A DNA stretch of 64,000 bases from Raillietiella orientalis (Eukaryota): assembly GCA_036172245.1 (NCBI GenBank), contig JAYWIR010000006.1, positions 5,642,001 to 5,706,000 of the forward strand, given 5' to 3'. How positions within the stretch are numbered: the stretch's first letter is position 1; each line of letters starts with the position of its first letter. Of the stretch, positions 61,552 through 64,000 are shown piece after piece. Under the pieces are notes generated by a model, which was given only the letters and a program-made list of their open reading frames with translations, was not told the origin of the DNA and made no database searches. Both the position numbers and the translations under genes were made by a program.

Positions 61552-64000
61552 CTGGCGTTTTGTAGGCATACCTCGAAGGCGAAGGAGGTCTTTTCTTTCC
61601 CGTTCCTGCAAGCAGCCGTCGGGTCGCGTGGGCAGAGCTTTCCTCGTCCGTCCTGAGGAGGCATGCAGCAGCAGCAGCAACCAGGGCGGCACCGTCGGGG
61701 GTTGCCCCGGATTCGTTCCCGCGGTCGGGAGGATCATGGGCTCCGTGCACTCCGGGGCGCCGGCAGCGCCGCGGAACGTTCGGGAGTCGCCGGCGGAAGA
61801 CGAGCGGACGCGATCCTCCCTCCCGGGTTCCAGTTTTGCGGGCCTTTCCATTCGGCCGAGCGAGGAGCCGGCGACACATGTCACCTGTTCCCTCTCACCC
61901 CTTGGCGCGGCGGCGCTGCCAGGGGCGCGTGTGTTAGAGGGTCGACTTTCGCCCTGATTGGATAGGGGGACCCAGCGTTATGAGCCCGCCCGTCCTTCCG
62001 TTCGGGTGGGCGAGCGCTGCCCCGCCAGCGCCGCCTGCGGCAGCTCACCCCCAGGTCACTCCATGGCGTTTCCTGTGCACCTCTTCTGCCAGGGACCGCC
62101 TCCTGCTCTTCCCGCGAACGACCGTGAGGCGTTATCTTTCGGAAGGTCGGAGGGAGGGGGCGCGGACAAGCGGTCCACCCTCTCCCGGAAGGGAGGGCGT
62201 CCTCCTTCCCTGCGCCGCTAGCGGGCCTCCAGGCAGGGGTGCAGTGCAGGGGCCACACGGGAGAGGGGGGGTTCACATGCGACTGTACACCGCCTTCCCG
62301 GCTGGCTTGCCTCCTGTGTGTGGGGTGTCTCCCGGACGTCACGTTTCCTGGTCCGAAGGCGCCTGCGGCCACGGCGCACCCGTGCTGCCGTACCGTGGGA
62401 TTTCGGTGAACCGCAGCACGGGAAGGGGAGCAGCCGGCCGGCGGAGACGGACACCCCCCGTCCTCCGTGCCGCCCCTGTGCCACCCCGAATGGATCGCAG
62501 CGCTCCTTGCGTTGCCGCGCCGCGCCCGCCCGCTCGCTTTGTCATCTCCGGCGGCGCGGCGGCGCCGTCTCGAGCGACTGCGTCCCGGGAAAGGCGCGAG
62601 CGAAGCACCTGGCAACCGTGACACCCCCGCGCAGAGCGTCTCCCGGTGGAAAGAAGCCGCTGGGGTGATTCATGGCCCCAACTCCCTTCTTCGCGGTTCC
62701 GGGAACGCAACCGCGCGGTCCCATACGTTATCCCGGAACAAACATTAAAATCCCATAAAACCCATTAACCTGCCTCTCCCCTTCCTTCCCCATCCCCCGC
62801 CCCTTCACCAGCGCGCGCGCGTGATGCCGCCGACCTCCTCCGCTGCTGCCTCCGAGGTCCAAAGACGCGCAGTGCGCGCATCCGTCCGCCCGCGGTGTTG
62901 CTGAGGCCGCGACAGACCCCGGAGCTTCGACCATTCCTGGCGTCCTTGGCCGACTTCGGAGAGCGCCCCTTTGTCGGCTGTCTGCCGCGGCCCACGGGCG
63001 AATGCCGGCCGCCAGCCATCCGTCCCCGCGGAGTGTTCGCCCCCACGAGGGGCACTCCTTTGGGGAGCGCCTTTCCTCAAAGGAACGCGACTCGGCCGCA
63101 GCACGGTGGCTGGCGCCGTCGCTCCTCTCCGCCCAGGTGCCAGCGAGCTCCGATTGCAGGAATGACGGAGGCGCACGCGTCCGCAGGAGCAGGGAAGGAA
63201 CACATCTCATCTTCTCCCCCTTCCCTGTTGGGGGCGTCCCGGAAAGGCGTTGGTGTCCTCCAACCCCTGACCTTCCTCTTCCTGCCTGGGACGCCTCCCT
63301 CCAAGAGGACCGGCCGCTCCCGAAGGTCGGCCTGCACGCGCGCGCGGAACTGGAATTCCCGGAAGCAGAGTGCGTCACCCGGGAAATCGTTCCTTCCCGT
63401 CGAGCTCCTGGCCGACTCCCACGCAGCAGCGCATTCCACCTAACTGGAGGTGGGTCCGCGGCTCCCGAGATTGCAGAAAGGGGGGCAGTTGCTGCCTCCG
63501 TGGGAAGGTCCTCCTTCCTCCTCGCTGGGGGGCCTTGCGACATTTTCCTGCAGACGGGAGGGGACGTTGGAGCTGCACTTTGACGAGGAGCCACCCTCTG
63601 CACCCCCCTTTCGCTGGCCCTCAGAACGCGCGCACAGATCCCGGTTTTCCAAGCTGCAGCAGGCGGGCTTCCGCCTTCCACCCCCACTTCCCTTCCCCTT
63701 CCTTCCTCTCTCTCCGCTTCCCGACTGGAGCTCCCTCTTTCGTGGGAGCGGGGAAGTGAAAACCTTCGGCGGAAGAGCGGGAGCTTCCACTTCCCCCTTC
63801 GCCTGCGCGCCGCCGATTCGAGGCGAACGTCCGACCGCCCACGGAGGGCGGGCGCGCGCCCCGGCGTCTGCTCCCGTTGGTTTGCGGCGCCGTCCTCGCC
63901 CGCCGGTTGGCTGGGGACGTTCCTTCCCCAGCGGGAGGTTTTCCCCCGCGGGATGCTGGAGGCGGGCCGGCGGGGAAACCCCCAGCGAGAGGGCGCGGAA

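Overview
Eukaryotic genomic DNA, probably from an arthropod judging by the NELF-C/D and FoxO sequences. It has two compositional compartments. About 1-38.2 kb is very GC/CpG-rich and full of microsatellites. It holds a divergent FoxO gene (654-12737, +, 10.2-kb first intron), followed by ~27 kb with no recognisable coding gene but with a diverged tRNA-derived SINE-like family and a promoter-like motif cluster. From ~38.3 kb the DNA is AT-rich and gene-dense, with Nup43 (39908-41665), NELF-C/D/TH1 (47664-53852) and a 15-exon secreted multi-cystatin cathepsin-F-like gene (57863-61392), all on the + strand; GC rises again after ~60 kb. Three observations stand out. (1) The cathepsin-F-like ORF is intact (~916 aa), but all three papain catalytic residues are replaced (C>S, H>Y, N>G) and its cystatin-like repeats lack QxVxG, so it is a predicted pseudoprotease. 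(2) The FoxO lacks all three canonical Akt motifs and a recognisable CR3 activation domain. (3) 23 of the 30 introns in the three compact genes are only 39-58 nt, many without polypyrimidine tracts, and one is a 43-nt GC-AG intron. All gene models were spliced by hand from the sequence; no database searches were run.
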